64,000 bases of DNA from Chara braunii (taxonomy: Eukaryota; Plantae; Charophyceae): the NCBI GenBank assembly GCA_003427395.1, contig BFEA01000004.1, positions 4,065,328 to 4,129,327 of the forward strand. The letters run 5' to 3'. The notes beneath the pieces are model-generated. The model saw only the letters and a program-made list of their open reading frames with translations, was not told where the DNA came from and searched no databases. The translations under genes were made by a program, and so were the position numbers. Positions 60,701-64,000 of this stretch are shown here, one piece after another (the stretch's first letter is position 1; each line of letters starts with the position of its first letter).

Positions 60701-63700
60701 TCATGGCATCCGCAGCAGAATGGAAGCTGCAAATGGATGCTTCCCCTGAGGCAGAGAAAGCGCAGTACCAGTTCTTTTATGAAAAAACATTGAAGAGGGA
60801 AGACGAGGGAACGGAGAAGGAGAGGAGAGACAAAGTAAAGGCTCATGAAGCGGTCTTCAGTACCAGGCCCGCCTTAACTGATGATGAGGTGGAAGAGAAG
60901 ATTGTCCCACTCAAGGCTTTAGTAGAAGTCTGGGTTGTTGAAGACCATACAGGCCAACTCGCCAAGGTGTTTGATGAACTCAAGAAGCTGTGCGAGGATA
61001 TGGCCCTGATGGCGCAGTAGCACTGTGACCAGCTGCAACAGTTTGCTAGCTTGCAGCCGGCCCAAAGTGTCCTTCCGCTTGCTTACCCTGCTTCTAGTGT
61101 TGCGTGTCAGTCCGTTCTTGCCCCTCTAACTGTATCTTCTTCTTCTTCTTCCTCTTCTTTGAGTGTGGCCAACAACCTAACTGAATCTGCAGCAGGTCCA
61201 GACCCCCTTGTTGTTGTTGCTGCTGCTGCAGCGGCAAGTGGCATGGCAGAGCATTCTGGAACTGTTGTAGCCCTGAATTCGGACCCAGCAATCGCTGGTC
61301 CTAGCTGCAGCTTTCCCTATGTAGACAAGAAGGCGATATAGATCCCGTCTAAGTATGACGTAAAGGACGACATTGAATCTTGGATCAGCTCCATGCGATC
61401 CTACTTTGATGTGCTGGGGACATCCCCAGTGACTCAGTCGTACGTCCTAGCGACCATTGTGGAACCCGCCGTAAGGGGCTTCTTAGAAGTCCAAGCTGTA
61501 CAGTCAGGCTATAAAAGAATAAACCTGAACAAATGGCTGAAGGCTACGCCTATAGCTACACTCATGGAACTCTTGATCAAACAATATGCTGATCCACATG
61601 CTGCAGCCAAAGCTAGCTTGGAGCTTGACAAGCTCAAGCACATCAAGTGGAACAACACCATGCATAGTCTGCAGCAGTATGTTACTAAACTATTTGCTAC
61701 TCAGGATCTGGAAATGACTGCGCTGTCTTGCTTGGATGTGATAAAAGGTACGGTCCCCTCTACTGTGACACATCGCCTGGGGCTCGGATTCATAATGTAT
61801 ACAGATTGGCTTACCCTCGTGCGGGATTCAGCCAAGCTGGAGGCACAAGACTTCCCGGGTGGGTCAGGTGGCAAAAAGACCACCGGCCCCAAACGGTTTC
61901 CAAACAGCCACCATTTTGCAGTGCACTATCTACTTGAGGTGGACGAGGAGACCTTCGCAAAGGACCCTTCTCTCTATGACGATCAAGATCAAGACTACGA
62001 GGCATTATCCTCTTTGTCAGCCCATGAGTCTGAGTATGTAAATGACGATGAATCCACCCAAAAGTAAGGGACCAAGGACCATAGTGAAAAACAATACTAA
62101 CACCATTCTCCTTCCCAAGGGAGCGAAGATTCCACCCAAACCGGAAGATCCTGCCACCAAACCATGGGTAGATCTCCGGACGAGTGAAAGTGAGTGGAAA
62201 CAGAGGGTAAAGAAAGGGGTTTGCCTGCATTGCACCAAACCGGGTCACCCTGTCCAACATTGCTTCAGATTGCAGCAGGGAAACCAACAACGGAGGTAAA
62301 GACATCATCAGCACACTCTATAGACGGAGAGGCTGAACATGTAAGTGCAGATCCTTCACTGGATTTTGATTGTACTCAACAAACCTCTTTTGAAACCACA
62401 TCTGATGTCGATTCCAAGGCTGAGAACCTGCACATCCTATACAATGAGCCTTGGGTGGAGTCGAAAGAAATTGACTTTCATTCTCTCTTGTCACGCAGGA
62501 CTCACATGAAGCAAGAACGCACGCAAGGGAAAACGAAGTTGATCTTCTTCAAACCCCGCATTAACGACCGTTACATCCGTGCGTTGGCTGATTTTGGTGC
62601 AACCGCCAACTACTTCTCACCGCACGACATTTATAAGGCACGCTTGGGAATGAAGCAAGTGACCCAAGTGGGCAACCAAGAGGTTGTCACATCTACTCAT
62701 GTAGTCAAAGGGGTGCACGCTACCTTTGACGCAGACCGCACAATCACGCATGAGTTAAACTTCTATGTCCTTCATAAGTGCCCCTTCGACGCGGTTATTG
62801 GCTTGGACTGGTTGCAGGCCCAATGTGAAAGAACCACGTTGAACGACTCACAATTCATGGTCAAAGATGCCATGGGAATCGAGCGACCAGACCTCTTGGA
62901 TGAGCCGCACGTGTCCCAAGTAACTTTTCTCAATGCAATGTGATTCTGCAAAAAGTGGCGTAGGCGCAAAGTTGATGAGCAAATGTTTATAGCCTTTATT
63001 AGGCTTGCTCATGTGCCTTCTAGTTTTGCTGTACATAATGATTCTACTTTGCATGTCGTTTCTACGTCTAATGCAACTACCTCTATCTCTATTAAGTTTA
63101 CTTCTAGTTCAAATGACTTCGCTTCAAATTTTGTTGTTTTTGCTGCACCGATGCAATCCGATATGCTTGTACCTGAAAGTGATGATCCACATCCGGAAGT
63201 CCCATCAGAAATCCGCAACCTTCTCAACCGATTTCCTGAAGTCTTGGCCGAACCTCATGGAGTCCCCGTGCGTCCAGTCGGACACAGGATCGAGTTGATA
63301 GAAGGTAGCACTCCTCCAAAAGGATGTGTGTATCGAATGGGCTCAGGCGAATTGAAAGAGTTGCGAAGACAAATCGATGACATAATTGGGAAGGGATGGA
63401 TCCAGCCAAGCGAATCTGAATTCGGTGCACCGGTTCTGTTTGTCCGAAAGAAAGGAGGCGAACTGCGGATGTGTATCGATTACCGCAGACTGAATAGAAT
63501 AACAAGAAAGAATGCATATCCTTTGCCGCGTATTGATGATTTGCTTGATGCTGCAGGGGGGTGCAAGTTCTTCAGCAAGATCGATCTCAAGTTTGGCTAC
63601 CACCAGATTGAAGTCGACCCTATAGACCAGCACAAAACTGCATTCAAAACCCGCGATAGGATGTACGAGTTTAACGTCATGCCCTTCGGTATCGCGAATG

Positions 63701-64000
63701 CACCGGCCACCTTTCAAAGTCTCATGGACAAGGTGTTCCACAATCAGATCAATCGATGTGTTGTTGTTTATTCAGATGACATACTAATCTTCAGCAAGTC
63801 GATGGAGGAGCACATGAGACACCTTGAGGAAGTGTTGCAGATCCTCAAGGATGCGCAACTCCATCTAAACTTGGAGAAATCTGAGTTTGAGAGGGATAGC
63901 GTGATCTACCTTGGACATCGGTTGTTTGCTGCAGGCCTATTGCTCGAGGCAACCAAAGTTGAGGTCATCCGCAAATGGCCTCAACCGGCAAATGTCCGTG
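57705..64000 (+). mobile_element. Ty3/gypsy retrotransposon: long 5' LTR (~57705-60531), gag, protease, RT; runs off the window end
   Basis: Starts TGTAATGACCC with candidate LTR end GGGTTCGTTAAA. Gag from 60703 has stops. Knuckle CLHCTKPGHPVQHC, protease ALADFGATANY, stop at 62941-62943. RT FGAPVLFVRKKGGELRMCIDYRRLN..MPFGIANAPATFQ..YSDD (63769-63780). Confidence 0.93.
58950..59718. repeat. ~385-bp tandem duplication within the LTR
   Basis: (CTT)n-CCCTCTCTCTCCTCTCAAATTCATT...AACTTGAGAGAGGCGAC occurs twice with high identity. Confidence 0.92.

Overview
Repeat-dense eukaryotic nuclear DNA from a plant-lineage genome. A charophyte alga such as Chara is my inference, from plant-type MSH3 and U6, a streptophyte mitochondrial nad4 intron junction and the TE/microsatellite style. 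The only host gene I recognise is one 711-bp phase-0 exon of the mismatch-repair gene MSH3 (715-1425, +). I found no further MSH3 exon in the remaining 62.5 kb, which is probably a giant intron filled with nested elements. These comprise three decayed Ty3/gypsy retrotransposons, several solo LTRs, three L1-like LINE 3' ends, a large decayed hAT (BED/DUF659/dimerisation) element, non-autonomous hAT-type elements with 8-bp TSDs, a dense cluster of ~120-bp MITEs and tRNA-derived SINE-like repeats. Most notable: (i) a TSD-flanked non-autonomous DNA transposon carrying a mosaic of mitochondrial fragments (nad4 exon plus group II intron start, SSU and LSU rRNA); (ii) four U6 snRNA-derived copies, two forming a head-to-head hairpin; (iii) a 2.2-kb hAT element with a coding-like cargo whose empty target site survives in a neighbouring duplicate; (iv) a cluster of long perfect palindromes. 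All family assignments are by eye from recalled motifs; no searches were run.
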